From Octopus vulgaris (taxonomy: Eukaryota): a DNA stretch of 64,000 nucleotides. The stretch covers positions 10,168,001 to 10,232,000 of the forward strand of contig OX597835.1 in the NCBI GenBank assembly GCA_951406725.2, given 5' to 3'. Below, piece by piece: positions 12,575 to 26,314 of this stretch. Numbering within the stretch: position 1 is the stretch's first letter; every line of letters starts with the position of its first letter. The notes below the pieces were generated by a model. The model ran no database searches, was not told the origin of the DNA, and worked only from the letters and a program-made list of their open reading frames with translations. The translations under genes were made by a program, and so were the position numbers.

Positions 12575-12708
12575 ATGGATCAAAAGGTTTTATTCAAATT
12601 CGTTGGTACTCCGAATTTCAAGCGTGATGCTAATCTTCAGCCTGAAGATAAATATCACGATTGTAACTCAGAGTACCAACGAATTTGAATCAAACTGTTT
12701 TGATCCAT
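12575..12708. repeat. imperfect palindrome with ~66-bp arms and almost no loop
   Basis: TATGGATCAAAA..ATTCAAATTCGTTGGTACTC..ATCTTCAG C CTGAAGAT..GAGTACCAACGAATTTGAAT..TTTTGATCCATA. Confidence 0.85.
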
Positions 12709-12766
12709 ACATGTAACTCCCTATAATTTTTTCGAGTGCTCTTCCTTCGTTCGCACACTCACTCGT

Positions 12767-12824
<58 letters not shown>

Positions 12825-12901
12825 CATATATATACATATATGCATACATATAAATATATACAATAAATATATATATACTATATTTAGATTATATATATAT
12901 A

Positions 12902-13539
12902 CTAGCAGTATCGCCCGGCGTTGCTCGGGTTTGTAAGGGAAATAACTATATAAGCATTTTTAGAGAGTTATAGCCAAAAAATAGCAAAAAATGCATTAAA
13001 AATGGAAAAAATATGATGGTAAATTTTTTTTTTAAATCGTTGACTCATCGTAGACATTTTTAGAGAGTTACTTCCCTTATATAATAGCGAAAAAATGCAT
13101 TAAAATGGAAAAAAAAACGATGGTAAATTTTTTTTAAATCGTAGACTCATGTAGACGCTTTCTTAGCCATTTCTGTTTTGGTGTCTTCAAGCCATGAAGT
13201 CGTTGTTCTAAAAGAACACTGGTCTCCTTGACAACGCATTACGACGTTGATTTCCTTACACTCCCTTCCCCACAGGTGCAGGTGTGAGCGTGGACGCCAA
13301 CTCCGCCGCCATCGACACACGAAAAATTATGCATTAAAATGGAATAAAAAATGATGTTAAATTATTTTTAAAATCGTAGACTCATCGTAGACGCGCGCTA
13401 ATATTCAGACGGGCTCGATATGAATCACAACTATAAGCTACCCGAATTTGGTTAAACTGTACCGCAAAATGTGGGAGTAGTTAGGAATCTAAATCGAAGG
13501 GGACAGACACTCACACAACTACAGTTTTATATATATAGA
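12902..13539 (-). mobile_element. non-autonomous Helitron
   Basis: Minus strand begins A|TCTATATATATAAAA and ends CCCGAGCAACGCCGGG (hairpin) CGATACTG CTAG|T; inserted between A and T with no TSD. Confidence 0.8.
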
Positions 13540-14691
13540 TATACATAGCGCAGTAGTGGTGAGATATGACAGCAAAGAAAAGCATACATTCACTCTCTGC
13601 ATGCAATTAGACTCGGAAAATTCGTGAGGAACCCATTGACCCAATTTGCTGACTTTTCCGATAGCACACAGGTCTCAATGAATGGTTGAATGACCAAATC
13701 CAAGCTTCTCTGCTAGTTCCTCAACAGTTACGATGATATTTTGTTCCACCAGGGTTTTCAGGATGTCCTTGTCGAGTTCTACAGATCTTTCAGGATGAGG
13801 CTCGTCTTCTAGGCTGTAGTTTATGGCTCAGGATTTCTGGAACCACCATTGACACTGCCTTACGCTTATTGTCCAATCCCCATATACTGCATTAATATTT
13901 CTTGTACTTTGCACACATTTATATTCTGTTATTCTTTTATATGTTTCAGCCTTGAGGTTGTGGCCATGCTGGATCATGTGTGTGTGTGTGTGTGTGTGTG
14001 TGTCTATCTGTCTGTCTGTCTGTATGTATATATGTATATGTATGTGTGTGAACAATAATATTTTCAACAGATGTGTTGCAAATGTATCTGATTGTTCTCA
14101 AGCTTCAATACTGTGTGTGTGTATGTGTGTGTGTGTATGTATGTATGTATATGTATGTATGTATGTATGTATATGTATGTATGTGTGTGTGTATGTATGT
14201 GTGTGTGTATGTATGTGTGTGTGTATGTGTGTATGTATGTATGTATGTATGTATGTATGTATGTATGTATGAGTGTATGTTTACTTTATTACTAATTACT
14301 CTCTTCCAAGAACATTTTCACTCACTCTTAGCTCTTAGCTTCCCATACATTTTACTCATGTATCTATCATCGTCATAGACAGAATACTTTCACTTTAGTC
14401 TTCCTCAAATCACTCTGTCCGCTATTTACTTTCATTTTATTCGTTGCCCACTGTGTGTGTGCGTTTGCGTGTGGTGTAAACCAGACTAAGAAAAGCATTT
14501 GACACACACACCAGAATGTGAGTTTTCTGTAAATTTTGCTTAATTGGAGTTTAAATTTTAAAAACTGGACCTGGCATGACGCGATGCATTGTACTCTTAA
14601 AAATGCCAGGTAAATTGTAATTGAAGAAATCCTATATTGTAGATTTGTATAACTCCCAAAGGGAGGCAGATAAAATCTGCCTTTTATAATA

Positions 14692-14740
<49 letters not shown>

Positions 14741-14815
14741 TATATACATATATATGCATACATATACATACACACACAGAAAATATATAAATATATATAT
14801 ACATATATTTATATA

Positions 14816-15210
14816 TTCTTTTATTCTTTTACTTGCTTCAGTCATTTAACTGCGGCTATCCTGGAGCACCGCCTTTAGTCAAGCAAATCGACCCCAGGAT
14901 TTATTCTTTGAAAGCCTAGTACTTAGTCTATCGGGTTCTTTTGCCGAACCGCTAAGTTACGGGAATGTAAACGCACCGGCATCGGTTGTCAAGCGATTGT
15001 GGGCGGACAGACACAGATACACAAACATACACACACATATATATATATAAAATATACGGCGGGCCTCTTTCAGTTTTCGTCCACCAAATCCACTCACAAG
15101 TCTTTGGTCTGCCCGAGGCTATAGTAGAAGACACTTGCCCAAGGTGCCACGCAGTGGGACTGAACTCGGAACCATGTGGTTGGTAAGCAAGCTACTTACC
15201 ACAGAGCCAC
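14816..15210 (-). mobile_element. SINE family A copy
   Basis: Similarity to 33009-33475. Confidence 0.8.
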
Positions 15211-15909
15211 TTGTATATACATATTTATACATACTCATATATATATACATATATACACACATATACATATATATATTAGTGTGTGTATATATATATATAT
15301 ATGTATGTATATATTAGTATATATGCATATGTATGCATGTATGTATGCATATATGTATGTATAGTATTATGCAGGCATGCATGTATGTATGTATATATGT
15401 ATGTTTAAAAAAGACTGCACTGCTTTTCACTGTTCTGAGGGTGATGTACAAAGCTAAGACTGGTGGAAGGATTATAAGGAAATGTGCCCAGGGCAAGGAA
15501 ATCATGTGAAACTCTGTGACAGGGTACACTTGTCACCCTTACAGCAAGAACCCCCATTTCTATGGGATTCCATCCAGTTTCAATCAAGCAAAAGTCTCTC
15601 ACAGAGTTTGTTTTTATCTAAAGATTATTATCAAGACACGATCTTAAATTGCTATGCCGTTTGAACCTAGAACCACATAAGTATGAAACAAGATTCTTAA
15701 CCACACATCCATGCTTCCATCTCTACTTTAGCCTATTGTTTATTGCTAAACACAGGCGTGTATAGTTCTGATTTACTGCCCCCAAAGCGAAAACAATGGA
15801 GAGAACTTTCAAGAATGCTTCAATCTATATTTTAGTAAGTGATAATGGCTTCCTATACTCTCAAATAAACTCCACTGTTTTATAGCACTTACGCCAGTTT
15901 ATAGATAGG

Positions 15910-15961
<52 letters not shown>

Positions 15962-16311
15962 CAGACAGACACATACATACATACATACATACATACATAC
16001 ATACATACATACATACATACATACATACATACATACATACATACATAGAGAGAGAGAGAGCTGTTATGTTAATCCACTTAAACGACATCATTTTAGACCT
16101 ATTAAGCTCTTATATACACTCTAAATTACTATCTGTAGAATAAACCAAATAAACTGCATACTTATACAATTGTACATCCATTAGTTTAATATGTGCATTC
16201 ATATATGTACACATATATATATATGTGTGTGTGTGTTTTTTCTGTATGCTGTATGTATTTATGTGTACGTATATATATGTGTGTGTGTACATATATACAT
16301 ACATACATATA

Positions 16312-17593
16312 CAGGGAGCGATGGGTAAATTGTCGCCCTTTTATATTTTTAATTTCGCACCTGAGCATTGTTTGTATTTGATTTTGTCGGCTACACAGTA
16401 TAGTAGGGTCAGTTGGGCACCGTCTGTGAGAGAACGAGCATCATGAGCACAATTCGCTCTGCCAGAAATTTGAGAACGACATGCTGTACTGCTTGACATT
16501 CGCACCGGAATCTCCATTAAGATCATTTCAGAACGTTTGGGTGTCAATCTAAGAACAGTGCAGAGGATTCAGAAAGAGTTGGATGAGTTTAATGGTGATT
16601 ATGAAGGTAAGGCAGCTCGGAAAAGTCACTCTGATTGTTCTGATAAGAGAAGAACTCCTGAATTTGTTGGTGAGATCCAGTCCATGATTGACAACAATCC
16701 GTCCACGTCAATTAGGTCTCTGGCCAGAGACATGGGAGTGTCTGTGTTTCTTATCAGGCAGGTAATGCATGAATACATTCGGTATTCCTCATACAAGATG
16801 AGAAAGGGCTAACTGGTTTTTTATCCCCAGCCATTAAGGACAAGAGGAAGGGCCTCGCTACGAAGCTTTTGAACAAACTCAAGCACCCACTCCAACCGAA
16901 CATGATTTGGTTTTTCTCAGACAAGAAAATTTTCTGCCAGAATCAGATGGTGAACACACAGAACAATCATTGGTTTGCTGTGTCGCCAAAACATGTACCG
17001 AGAGTGATAAAAATCTAACATCCAGTCAACATCATGGTGTTTGGAGTGGTCACTGGTGTCGGCGACGTTATGCCTCTGTTCATCTTCCCACACGGCCTCA
17101 GATTCAACACGGAGGTCTACATCAAGCGTCTGGAGGAGGTAGTACTGCCCTGGGTCAAGACCCTATATCTGGCAACAGGACTTTGCACCATGCCACACAA
17201 GCAGGAGACCCCACTCATGGCTGTCAGGCAATTTCTGCGACCACATCACCCCCTAACGTCTGGCCACCTCACTCCCCAGACTGATTATTATGTGTGGGCA
17301 TAGTTGAGTAAGAGACTAACAAAACTCCTTGCAACACCAAAGATGAACTGAAGGCAAGGATTATGGCAGCATTCACCAACTCAAACAAGGAGACTATCCA
17401 GAAGAGTTGCAGAAGATTATGAAGTCGTCTGGAGGCTGTGGTTGAACCCAATGGCGATTTTATTGAATAAATTTTCTCTTTAGTATTTCAAGATATTTTT
17501 ATGTAATTTTGGTAAATATATCTGTTAAAATGAGATGTCAATGTTATTTTCATTTTTGAGTAATTTATACGACGATTTATTCATCGCACTGTG
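16312..17593 (+). mobile_element. decayed Tc1/mariner-superfamily transposon (DD37D/maT-like), transposase pseudogenised
   Basis: Imperfect TIRs CAGGGAGCGATGGGTAAATTGTCG / CGACGATTTATTCATCGCACTGTG; fragments LGVNLRTVQRI (HTH), IWFFSDKKIF, MVFGVV..GDVMPLFIF, WQQDFAPCH, WPPHSPD, YYVW split by frameshifts and stops. Confidence 0.85.
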
Positions 17594-17665
17594 TGGACCG
17601 TGTGGTGCGGAATGACGGTAACAAGAGTTGTTGGCCCATATTTTCTGCGTGACACCATGAACACG

Positions 17666-17711
17666 GACACCTGATGAAGGCTGGAGGGTATATCAGCCGA
17701 AACGTCGTGTT
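17666..17711 (+). ncRNA. minimal type I hammerhead motif (Penelope-like)
   Basis: GACAC CTGATGA A GGCTG GAGGGTATAT CAGCC GAAA CG TC^GTGTT; canonical core, palindromic ACGT helix III, GUC site after 17706. Confidence 0.7.
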
Positions 17712-18232
17712 AACAACAAACAAGACGAGGACAAATATCCGTCAAATGCAAATAATGTAAATAATGTACATAGTTCCTCACAACATATTTGGTTGAGAGG
17801 AAATCCACGAAATCATTCAGAAAAACAACAAAGATAAGAGAAAATATATTTATTCTGCCAACACAACTGTATTTGAGTAACATTTCCGGGTAACATTTGG
17901 GATTATTGTTCTTAATTATGCGAGAAACGTAACAGGATAGAGTTAATAATCTTATAAAGATGATACTAATATAAATGATAATAATACAAATATTATTTAT
18001 TAATTATTATTATTATTATTATTTCAAATTTTTGCGACATGGGCAGCCTGAGGGAGATAGTAATGAGTCGATTACATCGACCCCAGTGTTCAACTGGTAC
18101 TAATTTTATCGACCCCGAAAGGATGAAAGGCAAAGTCGACCTCGACGGAATTTGAACTCAAAACATAGCGGCAGACGAAATACCACTAAGCATTTCGTCC
18201 AGCGTGCTAACGATTCTGCCAGTTCACCGCCT

Positions 18233-18266
<34 letters not shown>

Positions 18267-18270
18267 AATG

Positions 18271-18318
<48 letters not shown>

Positions 18319-18991
18319 GTTTCAAGTTTTGGCACAAGACTAGCAATTTCAGGGGCGGGGTAAGTCAATTACATCGACCCCCAGTAAACAACTGGTACTT
18401 ATTTTATCGGCCCCTAAAGGATGGAAGGCCGAGCTGACCTCAGCAGAAATTTGAACTCAGAATGTAAGCACAGACGAAATGCCCCAAAGCATTTTATCGG
18501 GCATGTTAATGATTCCGCCTGTGATAATGATAATAATAATAATTGCTTCAAATTTTGACACAAGGCCAGCAATTCCGAGGTAGTGGGTAAGTCGGTGTCG
18601 GGGGGTTGACCTGCTTTCTCTTCTGCGGGTCTTACGAATAGCAAAGGACCACGTTTCAGACTTCTCCCACTCTGGGACGAAGACCGCTTCGCTCAACAAA
18701 CAAACAAACAAACAAACACCAGCAATAATACTGTTCTGTATTTTAGCGATGAGGAATTCTGTTCATTATTTACATTTGACGAATAAGTGTCCTCATCTTG
18801 TTTGTTGTTACCACAACGTTTCGGTTGATTTACTCTCCCACGGGCATATAGCATAATGGTTAAGAGCGCGGGTTACTAACCCCCAAGATTTGGCTCGATT
18901 CTAGACAGTGCTTTGAATAAATAATAATAATAATATCAGCAAAAAATACCTTAGGAATGAGAACCCAGGGTTGGGTTCAAAATTCTACTAG

Positions 18992-19037
18992 GACACCTGA
19001 TGAAAGCTGGAGAGTAAACCAGCCGAAACGTTGTGGT
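18992..19037 (+). ncRNA. degenerate second copy of the 17666 hammerhead family
   Basis: GACAC CTGATGA AAGCTGG AGAGTAAA CCAGCC GAAA CG TT GTGGT with the same downstream tail; a truncated inverted copy lies at ~18760-18837. Confidence 0.55.
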
Positions 19038-19552
19038 AAAAACAAACAAGATCAGGACACATATCCGTCCAATATAAATAATGTAAACAATGTAAATAAT
19101 AATGTTTCAAATTTTGGGGCAGGTGAGCAAGTATTTCAAGTGGTAGGGAGTCGATTACATGACCCTAATAAGTTACTGGTACTTTATTGACCCTCAAATA
19201 ATGGAAAACAAGGTTGACCTTAGCGGTATGTGAACTTAGAATGTAAAGAATTGGAAGAAATTGTTTGTCGTCGCTCAACTGGTTCTGTTCATCCACGTCT
19301 TCTTTCAATAATAATAATAATAATAATAATAATAATCCTTTCTACTATAGGCACAAGACCTGAAATTTTACGGGAGGGGGCTAGTTGATTACATCGACCC
19401 CAGTACTCGGCAGGTACTTATTTCATCGACCGCAAAAAGGATGAAAGGCAAAGTCGACCTCGACGGAATTTGAACTCAGAACGTAGTGACAGGTGAAATA
19501 CCGCTAAGCATTTCGTCCAGCGTGCTAAAGATTCTGCCAGCTCACCTGCCTA

Positions 19553-19568
19553 AATAATAATAATAATA

Positions 19569-19600
<32 letters not shown>

Positions 19601-19698
19601 TAATAATAATAACAATAATAATAATAACAATAATAATAATAACAATAATGATAATAATAATAATAATAATAACAATAATGATAATAATAATAATAATA

Positions 19699-19753
<55 letters not shown>

Positions 19754-19805
19754 TAACAATAATAATAATAATAATAATAATAACAATAATAATAATAATA
19801 ATGAA

Positions 19806-19851
<46 letters not shown>

Positions 19852-19857
19852 GTAATA

Positions 19858-19913
<56 letters not shown>
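19553..19913. repeat. (AAT)n microsatellite
   Basis: Long, slightly impure AAT run; similar runs at 24477-24821, 30626-30790, 38071-38690, 39130-39329. Confidence 0.97.
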
Positions 19914-20098
19914 TGTTTCTAATATATGCAAAAGGCCTGAAATTTGTAGGGACGGAGGAAAGAGTTAACCGATTATATTGAGCCCAATGCTCCATTTGTA
20001 CTTTGAATGATCAATTTGTGATAACAATAAAAAAAATAATTATGAAAATAGGAAGAGTTCTTGGAAAAATCTAATCATCAGCTTCTTGGTGCCATCTG

Positions 20099-20161
20099 CT
20101 AAACAATTTCATTGCGTATTGTACCAATTTCATCAATTTCGCATTCTACAACGTCACCAAG
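20099..20161 (-). CDS. FAHD2: FAHD2-like protein, last coding exon (LGDVVECEIDEIGTIRNEIV*)
   Basis: Acceptor ttttcattttAG, phase 0, TAG stop; resembles the FAH-family C-terminus GDxVxCEIExIG. Confidence 0.9.
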   Translation of the reverse strand, partial: LGDVVECEIDEIGTIRNEIV

Positions 20162-20451
20162 CTAAAATGAAAATTAAAAAAAAGAGAAAATATAGAGAAA
20201 TATTCAGAAGAAATAGAACAAGCATTTTGGTTTTTTCTCATGCTAAGCAAGATGTGAAGATAGATAGCTTAATGGTTAGAGTTTGTAATCATTGCGATGT
20301 GTGTTCAATCCCTGCACATATTATGTCCTCCTTGAGCAAGACACTACGTTTCACTTTGCTTGCAAATATCAACCTTTAACTGGGGTTAACTCCATGAAGG
20401 ATCCACGTCCCAGTCAAGAGAAAATCGTGTATTCTTATATTTAATATATTA

Positions 20452-21104
20452 TTTTACTCTTTTACTTGTTTCAGTCATTTGACTGCGGCCATGCTGCAGC
20501 ACCGCCTTTAGTCGAGCAAATTGACCCCAGGACTTATTCTTTGAAAGCCTAGTACTTATTCTATCGGTCTCTTTTGCCGAGCTGCTAAGTTAAGGGGATG
20601 TAAACACACCAGCATCGGTTGTCAAGTGATGTTGGGGGGACAAACACAGACACACAAATATATACACACACATACATACATATATATATATATATATACA
20701 CATATATATATGAAAAAACAAGTCAAAAATAGAAAATGCTAAGATGATTTTATAGTGAATCTTTCAGTACCGGTTTCGGTCATTTTGAGACCTTTTCAAC
20801 TGTAACGATTAAATAATTAAATTTAGAAAAATTTAGAAAAATTAGAAGAAAGGTTTTTTTAAAGGAATACTTCCATAGTAGTGTTCAGATATAGGTGGCA
20901 TTCTGCCTTTCTCTGACTCCCTTGTTTGCACTTGTGTATTCGAGGTACAACGGGCTTCTTTCAGTTTCCGTCTACCAAATCGACTCACAAGGCTTTGGTC
21001 AGCCCGAGGCTATAGTAGAAGACACTTGCCCAAGATGCCACGAAGTGGGAATGAACCCGGAACCATGTGGTTGGCAAGCAAGCTACTTACCACACAGCCA
21101 CTCC
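20452..21104 (-). mobile_element. SINE family A interrupted at its (TA)n tract by a ~240-bp hammerhead-bearing insert
   Basis: Tail 20452-20660 and head 20949-21104 match family A; insert at ~20712-20948. Confidence 0.8.
20765..20802 (-). ncRNA. type I hammerhead motif with compensatory U3-A8 core variant
   Basis: Minus strand reads CAG TTGAAAA GGTC TCAAAAT GACC GAAA CCGG TA^CTG; palindromic ACCGGT helix III. Confidence 0.65.
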
Positions 21105-21146
21105 AGATATATAGTGATAATAAATATATAAATTATTTATTATCAT

Positions 21147-21221
<75 letters not shown>

Positions 21222-21282
21222 GATATAATATAATATAAGGAAAATGGAGAGTTTCAACAGAGAAAAGGTCATCTTATTTATA

Positions 21283-21544
21283 TAATAGTCAACTTCATAT
21301 CGTCTATGTACATTTCAATTTCTTACCTTCATTCACATTTTGCAATTAAGATTGCATTATGCTTTTAAAAGGTAAAAATCTCATCAGGGCAAAAATTGGC
21401 AAGCAATTGGATTGGAATTAATTTTTATCAATTTTGTCCTGATGAGATTTTTTAGTTTTTAAATGCATAATGCAATCTTAATTGCAAAATATAAATGAAG
21501 GTTAAAAATTGAAACGTACATAGGTGATATGAAATTGGCTATTA
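21283..21544. repeat. inverted repeat (~120-bp arms), each arm carrying a divergently oriented hammerhead core
   Basis: Plus arm TGTC CTGATGA GATTTTT..AAAAATT GAAA CGTACA TA GGTG; minus arm TGCC CTGATGA GATTTTT..AGAAATT GAAA TGTACA TA GACG. Confidence 0.7.
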
Positions 21545-21916
21545 CTCTTTTACTTGTTTCAGTCATTTGACTGCGGCCATGCTGGAGCACCGCCTTTAAT
21601 CGAGCAACTCGACCCCGGGACTTATTCTTTTTGTAAGCCCAGTACTTATTCTATCGGTCTCTTTTGCCGAACCGCTAAGTAATGGGGACGGACATAAACA
21701 CACCAGCATCGGTTGTCAAGCAATGCTGGGGCGGACAAACACAGACACACACACACACACACACACATATACATATACATATACACTTAGCGGTTCGGCA
21801 AAAGAGACCGATAGAATAAGTACTGGGCTTACAAAAGAATAAGTCCCGGGGTCGATTTGCTCGACTAAAGGCGGTGCTCCAGCATGGCCGCAGTCAAATG
21901 ACTGAAACAAGTACAA

Positions 21917-21955
<39 letters not shown>

Positions 21956-22733
21956 TACGACGGGCTTCTTTCAGTTTCCGTCTACCAAATCCACTCACAA
22001 GGCTTTGGTCGGCCCGGGGCTATAGCAGAAGACACTTGCCCAAATAGATTAAATTTTTCTGTATTCAAACTCTCCATTTTAATTATTATTATTAAGATTT
22101 ATTATATTACTAAAATTATATAATTAAAATTGTATAATTAAAACCCTGATGCTGCAGTGTTAGTTCAGGAAAAGACCCCTTTGTAGACGTATCGTGTTGT
22201 GAGTACAACATACGTCAGAGCTAGATGAAATGAAATTACCCCCAGAAGCAACCATGGGATTGACAAATGCACATTTCACTGTTTTTGCAGCTTGTCAGTA
22301 CCGTGCACTCAAGTCGCTTCTGACACAAAGTCATTCCAACCAGTCTGAAATATATAGAAACAATAAATAAATAATTCAGAGGCTGTGCGCAGAGATGCCT
22401 CAGGGCGGAATAAAATTCAAATTATGCAATAGAAACGTCTCTAGATTAAAATCTTTATCTAGATAACAAACATAATGTATGTATGTCATAGAAAAGCCAG
22501 AAGCTACAACATATGTCTCGTATTCACAAACTGTAAAAACAATGGAATGTGCAAGTGTCACTCTCATGGTTGCTTCTGGGGCCATTTCGTTTCATCTAGT
22601 TCTGAAGTATATTATGCTTTTAACACAATACATCAATAAAGAGATCTTGCCTGAGATGTCCAATGCAACCTCTGGCATTTCAACAGTATACACATATGTT
22701 ACGTAAGTCACAAAGATAAAGATTTTAAGCTAG

Positions 22734-23091
22734 AGATGCTTCTGTTGCATAATTTGAATACACACACACACATCAATTAACGAATGATAAATGAGCAGAA
22801 GTTAAGAAATCACCTTCATTAGCTTACAGCTGTTTCTGCTATGACAAGCAGTTTGTTCAGCTGAGTGCACTGCTTCTTATAGCAGAGACAGCTGTAAGCT
22901 AACAAAATTGATTAGATGCTTCTGTTGCATAATTTGAATACACACACACATCAATTAATGAAGGATAAATGAGCAAGAGTTAAGAAATCACCTTCATTAG
23001 CTTACAGCTGTTTCTGCTATGACAAGCAGTTTGCTCAGCTGAGTGCACTGCTTCTTATAGCAGAGACAGCTGTAAGCTAACAAAATTGATT
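22734..23091. repeat. two tandem ~180-bp units, each containing an ~80-bp hairpin
   Basis: Units start AGATGCTTCTGTTGC at 22734 and 22914; hairpin TTAGCTTACAGCTGTTTCTGCTAT...ATAGCAGAGACAGCTGTAAGCTAA. Confidence 0.85.
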
Positions 23092-23501
23092 ACATAATAC
23101 CTATTCTTTTGTCACCTATCTATATTACTAACCGTCTATCTACCTATCTATCTATTTATATTTTTAGTCATTAGAACATAGCTATGCTGAAGCATGAATT
23201 TTACAGAATTTTAGAGAAGCACATCAGTACCAGCAATTACATTTTCAAACCTGATACATATTCTATCGGTGCACTTTGCTGAACCACCAGGTTGCAGGGG
23301 CATAGACATACCAACGGATGGATAGGTAGAGTTGCTAATGGAGGTTCGTTTTCCATGGGTCCGCAAATGAGATTTTAGCACAGCAAAAGAAAAGCAGCTA
23401 CTATCACAAATCTGTGCACACAAAAAGGTCCTTATGATTCATTCTCTCATTGATCGTAGCATTTTTCTTTAAATTCCTTTTGAGTTTCGCATATATACAT
23501 A

Positions 23502-23541
<40 letters not shown>

Positions 23542-23633
23542 GATGTACATATACATATATATATATATATACATACGCATATATATATATATATCACGTT
23601 GTTGTTCTTTCATGTTTTTCTCCATTTGGGAGG

Positions 23634-23669
<36 letters not shown>

Positions 23670-23689
23670 CACATACATATGTATATATA

Positions 23690-23953
23690 CAGTAGCGGAC
23701 TGGACCCCTGCGCCATTAGAATCCATATATGAGGGCCCGTGTTAGTATCTAAGGGGCCCATCCCCTAAAGTTTGAGAATTTTTGTATTTACTCCTGGAAG
23801 AATGCCTTAATTATTTCAGCCTGGCTGTTTGTAGACAGTTGAAAAGAATACTTTTAACAACAAAAAAAAAGCAATTAAATGATAGCATTATAGTTGCGGG
23901 TGGGCCCCTTTAGTTTCCCTGCAACCAATATTTTTAGACCCAGTCCACCACTG
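23690..23953. mobile_element. small non-autonomous TIR element (MITE) in (TA)n
   Basis: Imperfect TIRs CAGTAGCGGACTGG / CCAGTCCACCACTG. Confidence 0.55.
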
Positions 23954-24024
23954 CATATATATATATATATATATATATTGAAGATTAAAGGCTTCGAATG
24001 ACCCGTCCGTGTTTTTTTATATCG

Positions 24025-24079
<55 letters not shown>

Positions 24080-24257
24080 TTTATTTAAGTGAAGTGGAAT
24101 GGAGATGTAGTTGAGAAAATTAACCAAAGTTTATTACTGTTCTTGATTCCTGGAGATGTGAAAGACAAAGTCACCAAAATCTACGACTGAGGACAACAAG
24201 AAAACTAAACACGTTGACACATTTCTGTAAATGTCTTACAATATTGGAGGAGAGGCG

Positions 24258-24295
<38 letters not shown>

Positions 24296-24475
24296 CGCAC
24301 ACACACGCACATACAAATCACACGTGGGTGTGTGGAGGGGAGAGAGTGAGAATAAATCAAATTAACAACTTAAGATTCTTAAATATGACTTTTCAATGAA
24401 AAGTAGAATTTCTTTTTTATATATTATTCCTTTTTTTTTGTTGTTATTTCTATTTGTTACAGTTTGTTTTTCTTA

Positions 24476-24515
<40 letters not shown>

Positions 24516-24547
24516 CAACTATAATAATAATGGTAACAACAATAATG

Positions 24548-24581
<34 letters not shown>

Positions 24582-24583
24582 TG

Positions 24584-24680
<97 letters not shown>

Positions 24681-24769
24681 TAATAATAATAATAATAACA
24701 ATAATAATAATAATAATAATAACAACGACAACTATAATAATAATGGTAACAACAATAATGATGATAATG

Positions 24770-24806
<37 letters not shown>

Positions 24807-24906
24807 TGATAATAATAATAATTTGTTTTAAATGAAAATAAACCAGAAACAAAAATTAAGTTTAAAAGAATTATTAGCTGTGTTAGCCAAAGGCTTCAAT
24901 CTGCTG

Positions 24907-24955
<49 letters not shown>

Positions 24956-24956
24956 A

Positions 24957-25040
<84 letters not shown>

Positions 25041-25256
25041 AATAATAGATGCTGGTGGTGGTGTTGGTGGTGGTGGTGGTGGTGGTGGTGGTGATAATAA
25101 CGCTACACTTGCTTGCCCCTAGGCTTTCTGCCCACTCAAAATACTGTAATTGTTGCTGAATGTATTTTCATATTAATTCTTATTACAATTATTGCCATTA
25201 TTTAAGCATAGAAATTATTTACATTAGTGTTGTGTTGTTGTGGCTAATATCATTTC

Positions 25257-25308
<52 letters not shown>

Positions 25309-25436
25309 TGACAAAAGCATTTTCTTGTGATTACTTAGAATTCCACAGATAAACCTCTTAGATGTGTTGGCCAAAGGCAATGTTCGTGAAATGTAAAGTA
25401 GGCAACAATATCAAGAGAGAAAAAGAGAGAGAGAGG

Positions 25437-25496
<60 letters not shown>

Positions 25497-25704
25497 AGAA
25501 GAGGGGGAGAGAGAAGAACTTAATAAAACAAGCAAATATATGAAACCCTTGGTATACGCCAACCAATACACAAGATGGTAAAACTTCTTTCACGCCACTT
25601 TGGTTAATTAAAAAATAAAATAAATAGGTTATAAGTTTAGAAGAATGTCAATTATTTCGAACAATAAATTGTTGTTGAGAGAATTTCATGAAGCCACATT
25701 CTGT

Positions 25705-26088
25705 TGCTGCTGTTGTTGTTGGTGGTGGTGGTGATGGTGGTCGTGGTCGTGGTCGTGGTCGTGGTTGTGGTGGTCGTGGTGGTCGTGTTCGTGGTGGTCG
25801 TGGTCGTGGTGGTCGTGGTGGTCGTCGTCGTGATGGTAGTGGTGATGGTGGTGGGGGTGGGGTGGGGGTGGGGTGGGGTGGGGGTGGGGTGGTGGTTGTG
25901 GTGGTCGTGGTGGTCGTGGTCGTGGTGGTCGTTGTCGTGGTCGTGGTGGTAGTGGTCGTCGTCGTCGTCGTCATGGTGGTGATGGTGGTGGTCGTGGTGG
26001 TGATGGTGGTCGTCGTGGTGGTGATGGTGGTCGTGGTGATGGTGGTCGTGGTGATGGTGGTCGTGGTGATGGTGGTCGTGGTGGTTGT
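25705..26088. repeat. mixed (GGT/CGT/GAT)n trinucleotide low-complexity tract
   Basis: Directly visible; source of the spurious Gly/Arg/Val ORFs. Confidence 0.95.
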
Positions 26089-26226
26089 TTATACTGTTGT
26101 TTGTGTTATAGTTGATATTTTTTTTTCGTTTGTCATTGCTGTTGTTTAACCCCCAAATCGATCCTTTAACCCCCAAATCGATCACTTTGTTAAACAATCT
26201 GATTTGACCCTTTACATGGTGCTTAC

Positions 26227-26314
26227 CTTTAAAAATTCTGGAGGGTTTCTGAAGACACCAACTCCGAGAGGGGTTCCAGTTAGAATTACATCCCCGGGTT
26301 TCAAAGTGACAAAC
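26227..26314 (-). CDS. FAHD2: FAHD2-like exon ((R)[29 protein letters not shown])
   Basis: AG acceptor and GTAAGC donor; hallmark [17 protein letters not shown] motif; phases fit the neighbouring exons. Confidence 0.95.
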
